Assembly: GCA_013265495.1 (NCBI GenBank)
Contig: MU057999.1
Span: forward strand, 496,001 to 560,000
DNA: 64,000 nt
Direction: 5' to 3'
Source of the DNA: Vicugna vicugna
Lineage: Eukaryota
The notes under the pieces were generated by a model, which made no database searches, had not been told where the DNA came from, and saw nothing but the letters and a program-made list of their open reading frames with translations. The translations under genes and the position numbers were made by a program. The first letter of the stretch is position 1; every line of letters starts with the position of its first letter. Shown here one piece after another: positions 38,171 to 50,918 of this stretch.

Positions 38171-40538
38171 TCTGTGGTGGTGATGCCATCCTTCAGTTTG
38201 TATTTTTTCCTGTGTCCAGACTTCAATTTGGTTTGATTTTGTTTATGCCAAGAAGGCATTATTAAACCAACAGAAGCTATGCTGATGTATTTTAAGATCT
38301 GGAATACTGTAAAATATGTAAAGATTGCACATTGGCTGGAACTTAGTCACACTGCCTAGGTTTCAATGCTAGGACTATAGTAGTTATTTAACCTTCCGAG
38401 TCTCAGTTTCCTCAGAGTAACATTACCTATCTTTTATGAACGTTATGAAGATTGAATTAGACAGGATAAACAAGACAGAACAGTTGAGCACTCAGTGACT
38501 GTTAACTTCTATTATAAATATTGCTAATTACTAAACAGTGTCATCCAGAAAATATACTAATGTATTGTATGTTACTAAATCTGTGTTACTAATATATATT
38601 ACTAAATGTATTGTTTGAGAATGACATGACCTAAAGAAGTATAATTTTAGTAATGGTAGTTTTGAATAACTGGTAGCACTGTCCTTAGGAATAGCACTTT
38701 CCTACGTATTTAATAAGTACCCTTGTAGGGTTTTCAGGGGTGTGATACAGTAGACATGTAATTGGCTAATAGAATCCCAATAAAAACCTGGAAGAAACCT
38801 TGGAGATGATACAGGTCATGCCCCTCACTTTATAGAGGTAAAAACTAAAGTCCAAGAATACACAGCTAGTTAGTTGCAGAGCACGACTGTATCCTGGGTC
38901 CCCACCTACATGGTGCTGTGGGAACTGTGTACTGCTGCTCAGTTCCCTAGAGTGGATCAAAACACAGAATCTGTGCTGGGTTGCAATTGACCGTATCATC
39001 CTTTGAAAGAAAGTGGAGTAGAACCTGAAAACCTTTTTCTTTAGGTTTTCGTTTTATCTAATGTTGGTTTAATATGAAGAATAAATCAACTGGAAAAAAA
39101 TTTCCTCTGCCATATTTGTGCGTGAATATTTAATACTCCTGTTAGTAACTTTAGAAATAGATACAAATAATATGCAGTGATTGTATTTCCCAGTCTTTTT
39201 GTTCTCCTGTGTCTCCAGGACACCCTATGTATGCCTCTGTCACTACGTTTATCACACTAGGGGAACATTTTGGTTAATTTTTTCTTTCCCATACTGGGCT
39301 ATTAATTCCTTGAAAGGAGCTGTTTCATCTGTATATATCTAGTGGTTAGTACGACACTGAATTCTTTGTTGTATGGAGGAGTCCTCTTCTCAGAGCAGTA
39401 TAATTTGAAGACAAGGCATTAGGACAAAGGGGTGGAACCTGCACCCCGTCTTTGGGAATTATCTAAAGACTAATTCAGGGTTGAGCTTGTGAAGGAAAAA
39501 AGCAGTTTCTCAGGAGTGAGAAGTAGTCTGATGTTGATGAAATTTGAAGATTTGTGGTAAGAGGTGAGAAACCTATAGCAGGTGCTACTCATTGGCACTT
39601 CCGAATTTAAGGGTGGTCCTTCCTCTCTCCTTCCTTCCGTTCTTTGTGGTGTGTCTGTCCCTTTCTACGAGAGTCTGTTCCATCTCCCTTCCCCTCTTTC
39701 TATGCTAGGCTCCTCTCTCTGGTTCTCCAGTGTGCGTAGTTGGGGAGGTAGAAAGGGAGGGGAATTGAGATAAGTTCAGCCAAAAGCCTCCAGCGCAGGC
39801 CAGGTAGAAATGCTGCACTAAGCTCTGGAGCTGTGGGAATGAACAAAACTGGTTTTCTGACCTAGAGGGTTGAATAGTGAGGGCAAAGGATGTGCAGAAA
39901 ACATTTGCAGTGTGGTGTAACTCCTCTGAAAGAACTTGTTAAGGACCAGGAGCAATGACGTGCAGAGGGAGGGCCCACACAGCTGCCTCTCAGGGGAGGG
40001 AGCGTGTTCTAGGAGCTTCATGGGCCTGTCATCCAGAGGGTGAACAGGCTCTCCTGTGATGGACCAAGGAGCTCAAGCTCAGGGCATTTAATCGTTTTAC
40101 AATATCTGTTTCAAAAAAAAAGCTACACTTTTACTCTGACCAGTGTGACCCCCTAATTTCTTCCTCTCATTTTGTATCGGTGTCCCTCTGCTTCTAGCAC
40201 CCCATCCCGCCCCGGGCCCACCCTTACATGAGGACATAGGGATGCCACAGTGTGGCGTTTGATTTCAGTTGTGCGGGGGGAGTGTCGGCAGCAATTCAGA
40301 TCATATTAAGTTATTTTCTTTTAGTCTGAAATTTATTTGGTTCTAGTATTTCTTGAAGAGATACTCCTTGACTGTTTCTACAGTCATTCTAAGAAGTGCT
40401 GCGTTTTCTCATTGTTATTTGTATGCATTCATTCACATTCTTAAGTTTGTAAGTTGAAAAGTTAGAACATAAAAAAATGAATTTTCTCCTGACTGACTGT
40501 TTTGCTTTCCCAGTTGCCAAAACAAAGGGGATTTGGCG

Positions 40539-40582
40539 ATGGAGGCTTTGTTGGAAGGAATACAAAATCGGGGACGTGATGG
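40539..40582 (+). CDS. CEP63: CEP63 first coding exon (centrosomal protein 63); the exon with its UTR spans 40514-40582
   Basis: Acceptor tttgctttcccag ends at 40513. gcgATGG encodes MEALLEGIQNRGRDG, then donor gtaagt at 40583. Matches the CEP63 N-terminus. Confidence 0.96.
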
Positions 40583-41516
40583 GTAAGTTTGCTTTTGACC
40601 CTAAGCTTCTCACTGAGTTTACAAAGCATATCTGAGTTATGCCTCTGACCTTGTTGTGCTTTGGGTGTAGAAGCAGAAGTGGGAGCAAAAGCTCGGCTGA
40701 TCCATGTCATGTTGTGTACAACATCTCTCTGGGGTGTTTGCTTCGTTTCAGCAGTGTGAAGCTGAATACTTGCCTTCATCCCACTTTAAATTGTCTACTC
40801 TTAAAAAGCAAAGCCTGTACAGATTTTATGACTCTAAGAACACATGCTTTTTAAAAAAGTACTTAAGCCTTAGTAGTTCTGTCTCTGTGGTCATTCCTGG
40901 AAACCTCTTTGAGTGCAGCACATCTGTGTCCACTTCTGTTTTTACCTTTGCAATGGCAGGCATCTCCTGAAACACTGAAGGATATCAGTAAGTTACAGTA
41001 ATAAGGTAGGCTGCACTAAGTTTCTAATAATAAGGTGGAAAGAAATAGTTGAAATACGCTTGGCTCAAGGGTGAATTTCTAGAAACAGCTCTTAAAATTG
41101 TATAGTCATTCTCCTGATAGCCAGCTTGTTTCCAAAGACAAAAATCTGGCTAGCCATGAGAGTGACATAGGCTTGCCTGGATTCTTGCTGAAAGCTTACC
41201 TAAAATGATACAGAAGAGCTGTTGTTGGTTGTGGAAGTCTCATTCACAAGCCAGACTTCAAACGTCAACCTTGTGTTTGACCAAATAACTTATGCTTTAG
41301 GTTGGCTATTAGAGGAAGACAGACTGTCCTGTGGAATAAATAATCACCTTTTATGAGCATTAAAAGGACAAGCTCAGAGACTCTGTTCTTTGCTTCTGAT
41401 AATTTATTTGTTGTCATTGTTCCACCTTGGGTAGGTCTGCATCTGCTACGTTTTTACATGTGAAGGATGAAAAGCCACTTGGACATATGTTCTTAAGGGT
41501 TTGTTCTTATTTATAG

Positions 41517-41694
41517 GGGATTTTTGACATCCTGTGAAGCAGAACTACAGGAGCTCATGAAACAGATTGACATAATGGTAGCTCATAAAAAATCTGAGTG
41601 GGAAGGACAGACACATGCTCTTGAAACTTGCTTGGACATCCGTGAACAGGAACTTAAGGCTCTCAGGAGCCAGTTGGATATGAAGCACAAAGAG
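41517..41694 (+). CDS. CEP63: CEP63 coding exon 2
   Basis: Boundaries ttatag| and |gtaaag. Encodes [59 protein letters not shown]. 44+178 nt = 74 codons, so the frame is consistent. Confidence 0.97.
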
Positions 41695-41794
41695 GTAAAG
41701 CAGATGATTCACTGCTTTTTTTTTTTTATATTTTCACTTTGCCTTTTATAATAAATATGTTTCTTAAATATTTGTTGAGGAAAACATTAAAAAT

Positions 41795-44700
41795 TTTTTT
41801 AAATCAATTTATTTAAACTAAACAAAACACCATTCACCCATTTCTCCCACCCCTTACCTAAGCCTTGCCTCTTGCAGCCACCAATCTGTTCTCTGTATCT
41901 ATGAGTTTGTTGTTGTTTTTTAGAGTCCACGTGTAAGAGAGATCATACGGTATTTGTCTTTCTCTGTCTGAAATATTTCACTTAGTGTAATGCCCTCAGG
42001 GTCCATCCATGCTGCAGCAAATGGCAACATTTTTTATTTATGGCTGAATAATATTCTCTATGTACCACAGTTTCTTTATCCATTCATCCATCAATAGATA
42101 GGTAATTTCCACATCTTGGTTATTACAAGTAATGCTACAGTGAACATGGGGGTGTATGTATCTTTTTGAATTAGTATTTTTTGTTTTTTTCAGAAAAATA
42201 CCCAGAAGTAGAATTGCTGGATTGTATGGTAGTCCTGTTTTTAATTTTTTGCAGAATCTCTATACTATTTTCCGTAATGGCTGTACATTCTCACCAACAG
42301 TGCACAAGGGTTCCTTTTGGCCACATCCTTGCCAACACTTCTTAATTGTTACCTTTTTGATAATAGCCATCGTGCAGGGTGTGATTTGCTATCTCATTGT
42401 GGTTCTGATGTGCATTTCCGTGATGATTAGTGATGTTGACCATCTTTTCATGTTCCTGTTGGCCATCTGTGTGTCATCTTTGGAAAAATATCTGTTTGTA
42501 TCTTCTTCCCATTTTTTAATTGGATAGTTTCTTTTTTTGCTATTAAATTGTATGAGTTCTTTGTATATTTTGGATCTCAGTCCCTGGTCAGATACATGAT
42601 TTTCAATTATTTTCTCCCATTCAGTAGGTTGCCTTTTTGCTGTACAGAAGCTTTTTACTTTGACTTGGTGCCACTTGTGTAGTTTTGCTTTTACTGATTC
42701 TGGTTTTTGGTGTCAGATTCAAAAAACCACCACGAAGACCTATGTCAAGGAGCTTACTGCTTATGTTTTCTTCTAGGAGTTTCATGGTTTCAGGTCTTAT
42801 GTTCAAGTCTTTAAACCATTTTGAGTTATTTTTTGTGTACGGTGTAAGATAGTGGTCCAGCTTTATTCTCTTGCATGTGGCTGTCCAGTTTTCCCAATAT
42901 TTGTTGAGAATTTTTGCATCTGCGTTCATCAGGGTTATTAGTCTGTAAACTTTTTTCTTTCTTTCTTCCTTCCTTTCTTTCTTTTCTTTTCTCTTTTCTT
43001 TCTTTCTTTCTTTCTTCCTTCCTTCCTTCCTTCCTTCCTTCCTTCCTTCCTTCCTTCCTTCCTTCCTTCCTTCCTTCCTTCCTTCCTTCCTTCCTTCCTT
43101 CCTTCCTTCCTTCCTTCCTTCCTTCCTTCCTTCCTTCCTTCCTTCCTTCCTTCCTTCCTTCCTTCCTTCCTTCCTTCCTTCCTTCCTTCCTTCCTTTCTT
43201 TCTTCCTTTCTTTCCTTTCTTTCTTTTCTTTCTTTCCCTCTCTCTCTCTTTCTATGGCTCTCGTATGGTTTTGCTATCAGGGTAGTACTGGCCTCATAAA
43301 ATGTGTTTGGATAAGTTCCCCCCTCTTCTAGTTTTTGGAAGAATTTGAGAGGGATTAATACTAATTCTTCTTTGAATGTTTAGTAAGGTTCATCAGTGAA
43401 GCCATTTGGTCCTGGACTTTTGTTTATTGAGAGGTTTTTGATTACTGATTCAATCTACTTGTTAGTAATTGGTCCATTCAGATTTTCTGTTTCATCATTA
43501 TTCAGTCTTAGTAGCTTGTATGTTGATAGGAGTTTATCTATTTCTTCTAGGTTGTCCAATTTGTTGTCATGTAATTGTTCATAGTAGTCTCTCTAATCTG
43601 TATTTCTGTGGTGTTAGTTGTAACGTCTCCTGTTTCATTTCTGATTTGGGTTTTTTCTCTTTTTTTCTTGGTGAGTCTAAGCTAAAATTTTGTCAGTTTG
43701 ACTTATCCTTAGCTCTTAGTTTCATTGATCTTTTCTGTTGTCATTTTAGGCTATTTCTGCTCTAGTTTTTATTTCCTTTCTCGTACTAGCTTTGGGCTTT
43801 GTTTCTTCTTTTTCTATTTCCTTGCTGTATAAAGTTAGATTGAGGATTTTCTTGTTTCTTGAGGTAGGTATTTATCACTATGAACTTGCCTCAGAACTGC
43901 TTTTGTTGTATTCCATAAATTTTGGTATTTTACATTTCCATTTTTGTTTTTCTCAAGGTATTTTTTGATTTTTTACTTCTCCAGTGAGATTTATACTTTC
44001 ATATGTGTTCTTGTTACTAATTAGCGGTCTTTCTTTTCAGCTTACAGAAGTCCCTTTAAAATTTCTTATAAGGCCCGTTTAGTGGTGATGAACTCTTTTA
44101 ACTTTTGCTTGTCTGAAAAACTCTTATTTCTTTTTCAATTCTGAATGAAAACTTTGCTGGGTGGAGTATTCTTGGTTGGAAGTTTTCTTCTTTCAGCACT
44201 TTGGATATCTCATGCGTTCTGGCCTGCAAAGATTCTGCTGAAAAATCTGCTGCTAGTTCTGTGGAGGTTCCCTTGTACAGAACTGGATTTTTCTCTCTTG
44301 CCGCTTTTAAACTTCTATCCTTGTGTTTAACTTTGACATTTTAATTATAATGTGTCTTGGTGTGGGTCTCTTTGGTATCATCTTATTTGGAACTCTCAGG
44401 GCTTCCTGGATCTGGATATCTGTTTTCCCCTCCAAGTTAGAGAAGCTTTCAGCCATTATCGTTTCAAATAAGTTTTCTGTCCCTCTTCTTTCTTCTCCTT
44501 CTGGGAGCCCTATAAAGTGAGTATTAATCTGTTTGATGTTGTCTCGTAAGTCTCTTAAACTATCGTCACATTTTTAAATTCTTTTTTCTTTTTGCTGCTC
44601 TGATTGAGTGAGTCCCACTGCCTTGTTTCTGAGTTGAGTGATCCTTTCTTCTGCTTCATCTAGTCTGCTGTCGAACCTCTCCAGTGTGTTCTTCAATTCA

Positions 44701-46788
44701 GTTATTGTATCTTTAGCTCTGTGACTTCTAGTCAGTACTTTCTTATATTTCTCATCTTTTTGTTGAAATTCTCACTGTGTTCATTCTTTTTCCCAGTTCA
44801 CTGAGTACCTTTATGACCATGACTTTGAACTCTTTATCAGGTAATTACTTATTTCCATTTCATTAAGGTTTTTTCTGAGGTTCATCTTGTTCTTTCATTT
44901 GGAAAATATTCCTTTGTCTTCATTTTGCTTAACTTTCTGTTGGTTTCAGTCCAGTAGATGAAACCACCACCTCTTCCAGCCTTACAGGGGTGGCTTGTGT
45001 AGGAGATGAGCCCTGTTGTTCAGCCCTCCCTCAGCTCCTGGTTGTCTCTAAAACCTCTGTGCTTGCCCAGCCAGCCTGTTATATTTTTAATAGCTCCCAG
45101 TAGCTGAGGATGTGCCAAGACTTGTCACCATTTCAAAGTGGAGGATCTCAGCACCTAGATTCAGGCTGACTGGAAGCCAGACCCTCAGGCAGCAGCTTTT
45201 TAAAGTATGCAAATATATACAGTCCTGAGGGGCTGCCAGGGTGAGCCCCATTTGCCCTCAGAGCCGGGCGCTCTGGACGTGTCCACTGGGTGGGCTCCAG
45301 ATAAGTGTATAAGCTCCTTTCTGGGAGATACCAGAAGGCTGGAGCAAGGCATAGAAAGAGTACCAAGATGGCATCCACAGCCTGCGTTCCCTGAGAGCAG
45401 CTCCTTAGGTCACTAAATGTGACCCAGCGCTGAAGCCTGCCCTTAGGACAAATGTCCCGGATAAGTAAAGAGGACTCTTTCACAGAAAGCCCGGGGAATG
45501 TGCCTCATTCTCCTTTCTGTGCAGTGCCCTGGGGTTGGTAGCCTGCCAAGGAATATCCCTCTGATTGCCACAGTCTTGTGGGATCCAGGAATGCAAGCCC
45601 CTCCAGCCGCCAGAGCTAGGCAATCAAGGGGCGTCCCCTGAGCTTTGGCACTAGCACATAGGTAGCTACCCCCCAGGAGACACTGGTGCACTGGAGGCAG
45701 CACTGGGAGAGCGAAGGTAGCACCTGCCCTCCAAGGTCTCTAGAAAGGATTACAGTGAGCCGCCGGGTGCGTGCCTGGTCAGAAGCTTGCCTCTCAGGCA
45801 GCAGTCATGATCAGTTAATAGTCCCCCTTTACAGAAAGACTGAGCCCTTGGGTCTGTTGCCTCTTGCTGTGCCCTGGGGGTGATAGCTGTTGAAGAACTC
45901 TTGTTCCTTGGGCTACAGTCCTGTAGGACCCATGAGTGTTAAGTCCCACTGACCACCAGAACCAGTTGATGTAGAGGCATCCCCTAGCAGCAGTCACAAA
46001 AATCCAGGCACCAGACAGGGGCATGACGGGTGACACCCATTATTACAGTCCCACAGGACCCACAAGCTCCCTCGGCTTCCAGAGCCAAGTAGTCAAGAGT
46101 CATATTCTGGGCAGCAGCTGCAGAAATCAGGACACTGGATGTGTGTAAAGGCTCCCTTCCAGGAGATACTGGTGCTCCAGAGTGTGGCAAAGGTGGTGCC
46201 TGCCAGTCTGTTTCCAGGGAGTGTTCAGCAGACTTCTAGATGTGTGTGTTAAAGCAATGCCTGCCCCTCAGGCTGAGGTTTTAATAAGAGCAGGTGGGCT
46301 GTCTGCTTTAAGTCTAGGCATGATTGGCTTCCTCCCAGTTGGGCCCTGGGGTGAGTGAGTCTGAGCACATGAGCCCTTTAAGAGGTGTTTCTCAGATCTC
46401 TTTTGTTCTGTGGGTCTTGTGATACAAGACTCACTGGTTTTCCAATATTAGCTTATTGGGGGCTCATGTCTCAAGTTTATGTCTTAAAAGGTAAGCTGCC
46501 GAATGTGGGTATGAACCCTTTGCTACTCAGGGAGAAGCTCTGGGTTTTGAGTTCCCTTCTGGTTGTTAGTTGCTACACCAGGGGTGAGGTTTATGGTGAG
46601 ATTGTGTCCCTGTCTTCCCTATAGGATTTTATATGCTTTTCTTCTCATTTGCCCAATATATAGTTGTCCCTCAACCAGCCTTTAGGTTTTTTTAAAGAGG
46701 AAATTGTTCCATGTTTAGCTGTAGATCCAGTGCGTCTGTGGGAGGCGGTGAGTTCAGGATCTTCCTACATTGCCATCTTGAACCAGTG
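41795..46788 (-). mobile_element. Internally deleted LINE-1 with 5' UTR, ORF1 and ORF2 remnants and 3' UTR, antisense to CEP63
   Basis: 5' end CAAGATGGC (YY1-type) at 46780-46772. Repeated 5'-UTR modules at about 45570, 45915 and 46045. ORF1 remnant at about 44000-44900. ORF2 peptides MNADAKILNK and WENWTATCKRIKLDHYLTPYTK (42621-42929) are fused across a deletion. Confidence 0.9.
42951..43253. repeat. (TTCC)n/(TTTC)n polypyrimidine microsatellite
   Basis: About 300 bp of pyrimidines, with a pure TTCC run at about 43014-43195, inside the L1. Confidence 0.97.
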
Positions 46789-47102
46789 ATACATGTTTAT
46801 AACCCAGAGAAAGCATTTGTGTGTCAACATAGTTTCTATACTATCTTAATTCTGATGGTTTCTTTCAGAAGAAAAATTCATTGGTGAAAATGGCATAAGA
46901 GTATTAATATCCGTTTCCAGGATCATGTTACCTCAGTCACATGTAATACATACATAAGTCATTTAGAAAATAAAAATATAGAGTATGTCACATGATCTTT
47001 GTAAAACTTCATTCTATTACATGCTCATGTTAACAATCAGTAAATTTGGTGAATATTGTTTTTGGCCTCATTGTATGCTTACTACAAAAAGTTAAGCCCC
47101 AG

Positions 47103-48967
47103 GGATCCAGGTCAAGATGGATGAGTGTTAGGAGCTCACCTCTTCCTCACAACTAGAACGAAACCACAACTGAATGCTAAACCACCATAGAAAAAAAGAC
47201 TGGAACTTAGCAAAAAAAAATAGATCTTCTGTGACTGGAAACATAAAGAGAGAATCACAGCAGGATGGTAGGACGGGGATGCTTGCAATATAATTGGGCC
47301 TCATAACCCCCGGTGGGTGACCCACAAGCTGAAGAATAGTTAATTCACAGAGGCCCTCCCACAGGAGTGAGCCCCACGTCAAGCTCCCCAGACTGGGGTT
47401 CCGGCATTGGGAGGAGAAGGAGACCCCAGGACACCTGGTTTTGGAGGCCAGCGGGGCTTGGTTCTGGGAGCCCCACGGGGCTGGGGGAAGTGGAGACTCC
47501 ATTTGCTTGGCAAACGTACACAGAAGCTCTCATGTGCCAGGTCCAAGGGCAGAAGCAGTGATTTCATGGGAACCTGGGCCAGGCCTGCCTGCTGGATTTG
47601 GAGGGTCTCCTGGAGACGTGGGAGACAGCTGCAGCTCACTCAGGGTACATAAAAGCTGGTGGTGGACATTCCAGAAGTGTTCATCTATATGAGCTTTCCT
47701 GGAGGCTAACATCTTGATTGGATCATTAGCACCAAGACCTAGCCCCACCCAACAGCCTCAGGCCAAACAACATGTAGGGTGAGAACACAGCCCCACCATC
47801 AGCAGACTTCCTAGGTCGCAAAGACCTCTAGACACGGCCCTGCCCACCAGAGGTCCAGGACCAAGCTTCACCCAGCAGTGGACAAGCACCAGCTCCTCCT
47901 GCCAGGAAACCTGCGTAAGCCTCTAGCCCAGCCTCATCCACCAGGGGCAGATACTAGAAATAAGAAAACAACAATCCCAAAGCCTGTGGAAGGAATCCAC
48001 AAACACACAGAAAGATAGATGATATGAGGTGGCAAAGGAATATCCCTCAGGCCAAGGCACAAGATAAAATCCCAGAAGAAGTAAGTGATGAGGAGATAGG
48101 CAATTTATCTGAGAAAGAGTTTTAAAGTAATGATGGCAAAGATGGTCAGGGAACTCAAGAGGAGTATAGGTGCACACACTGATGTTTTTAGCAAAGAGTT
48201 AGAAAATATAAAGAACACCCAGAGTTGAAGAATAAAATCACTGAAATGAGTAACACACTAGAAGGAACCAAGAATAGGCTAAATGATGCAGAAGAACGGA
48301 TCAGTGAGCTAGAAGACAGATTAGTGGAGATCACTACTGCAGAAGAGAAAAAAGAAAAAAGAATGAAAAGAAACGAGGATAGTTTAAGAGAACTCTGGGA
48401 CAACATGAAGCACAATGATATTCGCATTGTAGGGGTCCCAGAAAGAGAAGAGAGAGAGAAAGGACCTGAGAAACTTTTTGGAGAGATAATCACTGAAAAC
48501 TTTCCCAACTTGGGAAAGGAAACAGTCACCCAAGTCCAGGAAGCACAGAGAGTACCACACAGGATCAACTCAAAGAGGAGCATGCCAAGGCACATAGTCA
48601 TCAAATTGACCACAATTAAGGATAAGGAGAAAATATTAAAGTTAGCAAGGGAAAAGCAACAAATAACATACAAGGGAGCTCTCATAAGGTTATCAGCTGA
48701 TTTTTCAGCAGAAACTCTACAGGCCAGAAGGGAGCAGCATGATATATTTAAAGTGATGAAGGGAAAACTTACAACCAAGAATACTCTACCCAGCAAGGCT
48801 CTCGTTCAGACTGATGGAGAAATCAAAAACTTCACAGATAAACAAAAGCTGAAAGATTTCAGCACCACCAAACCAGTTTTACAACGAATGTTAAAAGACC
48901 TTCTCTCGTCATCAAACCATAAGAAAAGAAAACAAAAAGAAGAAAGAGGAAAAAAACAGACGTACAA
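47103..48967 (+). mobile_element. LINE-1 5' UTR and frameshifted ORF1
   Basis: CAAGATGG at 47113 and ORF1 ATG at 48024. The 261-aa ORF 48225-49010 has ORF1p motifs (RLNDAEERISELED, IRIVGVPE, ENFPNL, PRHIVIKL, RLSADFSAETLQARRE). Frameshifts near 48120 and 48765. Confidence 0.93.
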
Positions 48968-49515
48968 AAGATTGCTTTGGCAGTTCAGGGTCTTTTGTGG
49001 TTCCTTATAAATTTTGGAATTGTTTGTTCTAGTTCTTTGAGGAATGTCATGACTATTTTGACAGGGGTTGCATTGAATCTGTGGATTGCTTTGGGTAGTG
49101 TGGCCATTTTGATAGTGTTGGTACTTTCAATCCAAGAGCACAAGAAATCTTTTCATTTTTGTGTGTCATTTTGGTTTTCAGAGGATAGATAACCTCCTTG
49201 GTTAAGTTTATTTCTAGATATTTTGATGTTTTTGATGTAATGGAAATGTTCTTGCTGGTTATAAAATTCTGGTTTCTGAAGTGAAAAAAAAAAGTGAATG
49301 AAGGGCTGCAAATGGCAAAATATCCTTCCTATGGGTGAGCTGTATTCCATTACATATATATGCTGCATCTTCATTATCTATTCAACTATTGATGTGTACT
49401 TAGGATGCTTCCATATGTTGGCAATTATAAATGATTATAAATTTATAAATATAAATTATGAATAATGTTGCTGTTAACAGCAGGGTGTATGTATGTTTTT
49501 GAATTCTTATTTTGT
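48968..49515 (-). mobile_element. Inverted L1 ORF2 and 3' fragments
   Basis: aagattgctttggcagttcagggtcttttgtggttcc... is antisense L1 ORF2. A second antisense 3' fragment lies at about 49305-49515. Confidence 0.8.
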
Positions 49516-49626
49516 GATTGGTTTCATTCCTTTGGTAACACTATGTAAGTTTAAAAAGCTAAAGCTCTAAATGTTCTTAGAAACAATGAACAGTACATAT
49601 ATGTAAATTAAAAAATGCATGTGCAG

Positions 49627-50158
49627 TTAAAAAAAAAAGAAATAAGCTAACAAGCCATGAAAGACATGGAAGAAACTTAAAAGACATATTACTAAATGAA
49701 AGTAGCCAGTCTGAAAAGGCTACAAACTGTACGATTCCAACCAAATGACATTCTGGAAAAGGCACAGCTACAGAAACAATAAAAAAAATTGTGGTTTCCA
49801 GGGATTTGGGGAGAGGGAGGGAGGGAGGAATGAATTGATGAAGCACAAGGGATTTTTAGGACAATGAATTACTCTGTATGATACCATAGTGGTGGCTACA
49901 TGTCGTTATGCATTTGTCAAAACCCATAGAATGTACAACATTTAGATTGAATCCTAATGTAAACTATGGACTTTGGTTGATAATAATGTGCCCATGTTGA
50001 TTCATCTATTGTACCAAATAAGCCACACTGATGAGGAATGTTGGGGGTAGGGAAGCATGTTGTGTGGGGGGAAGGCTATGTGAAAACTCTGTATTTTCTG
50101 CTCATTTCTGCTGTGAACCTGAAACTGCTCTAAAGTAATAAGGTCTATTAATAAAAAA
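49627..50158 (+). mobile_element. L1MC1-like 3' end with poly-A
   Basis: caagccatgaaagacatgg...cccatagaatgtacaac...gctgtgaacctgaaactgctcta followed by an A-run. Confidence 0.85.
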
Positions 50159-50369
50159 AAAAAGTTAAGACCCAGATTCAATAATTTGTCTCTTTTGATT
50201 AGATTTAAACTAAAATTGAGGAAACTCTTTTTTAAAAAATTGTTGAAAATTAGGGGAAAAGAAAGAAAAAAGGAAAATAAAAATTATTTGTGATCTCACC
50301 ATTCATAGTTATTGGTGATTTGGGGAAAAAGCTTAATAATACTTGCTCATTGATTTCTCTTAATTTAGC

Positions 50370-50529
50370 GGGGAGAGGATAGCTCAGCGGTCAAGTGCCT
50401 GCTTAGCATGCATGAAGTTAGCATGGGTTCAATCCCCAGTGTCTCCATTGAAAAACCAAATAAATAAATAAACCTAATCACCTCCCTCCACAAAAAAAAT
50501 TTAAAAAAAAGAAAAGACTGACTGACTTC
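50370..50529 (+). mobile_element. tRNA-derived SINE (Vic-1-like)
   Basis: Same head and tail as the other copies. 17-bp TSD ATTTCTCTTAATTTAGC at 50353-50369 and 50530-50546. Confidence 0.88.
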
Positions 50530-50918
50530 ATTTCTCTTAATTTAGCTGGTACAGTAATAAGAACATTGAATATTAGAAGAGAGGCAAAAAGCATTTAGAA
50601 GTGCAGAAATTGCCTCTGAATTTCTGGCATCAATGTCAATCTCAGAAGGATTGGAAGAGTCGTAGGGAAACACTGGTCCCAAGCCCCACTTAGATGGGCT
50701 TTCCTACCAGTGGGATCACCACTTGTTAGTGCTGTCATTTAGCTTCTGTGAATGGTCCACTGAGATTATGATTCTGTTGGTGACACTCACTTATCAAGGA
50801 TATCTTAGAAATGTTCCATGTCACATCACAAGGAAAGAGTTAGGCTTCACAAAGTATTTATTCCTTTTGAAGAGAATCTCTCAATGGTTGGCCATTCACA
50901 CTTTGGGTCAAAGCAGTG

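Noticed and set aside
42914..43285. 123-aa ORF with (FLPS)n repeats
   Set aside because: Translation of the TTCC microsatellite.
45400..46500. Spaced ~100-bp repeats resembling an array
   Set aside because: They are diverged modules inside an L1 5' UTR, with no repeat-spacer regularity.
48225..49010. 261-aa ORF as a domesticated L1 ORF1 gene
   Set aside because: The true start at 48024 is cut off by a frameshift, an internal segment is out of frame between compensating indels, and the C-terminus runs into inverted L1 sequence.
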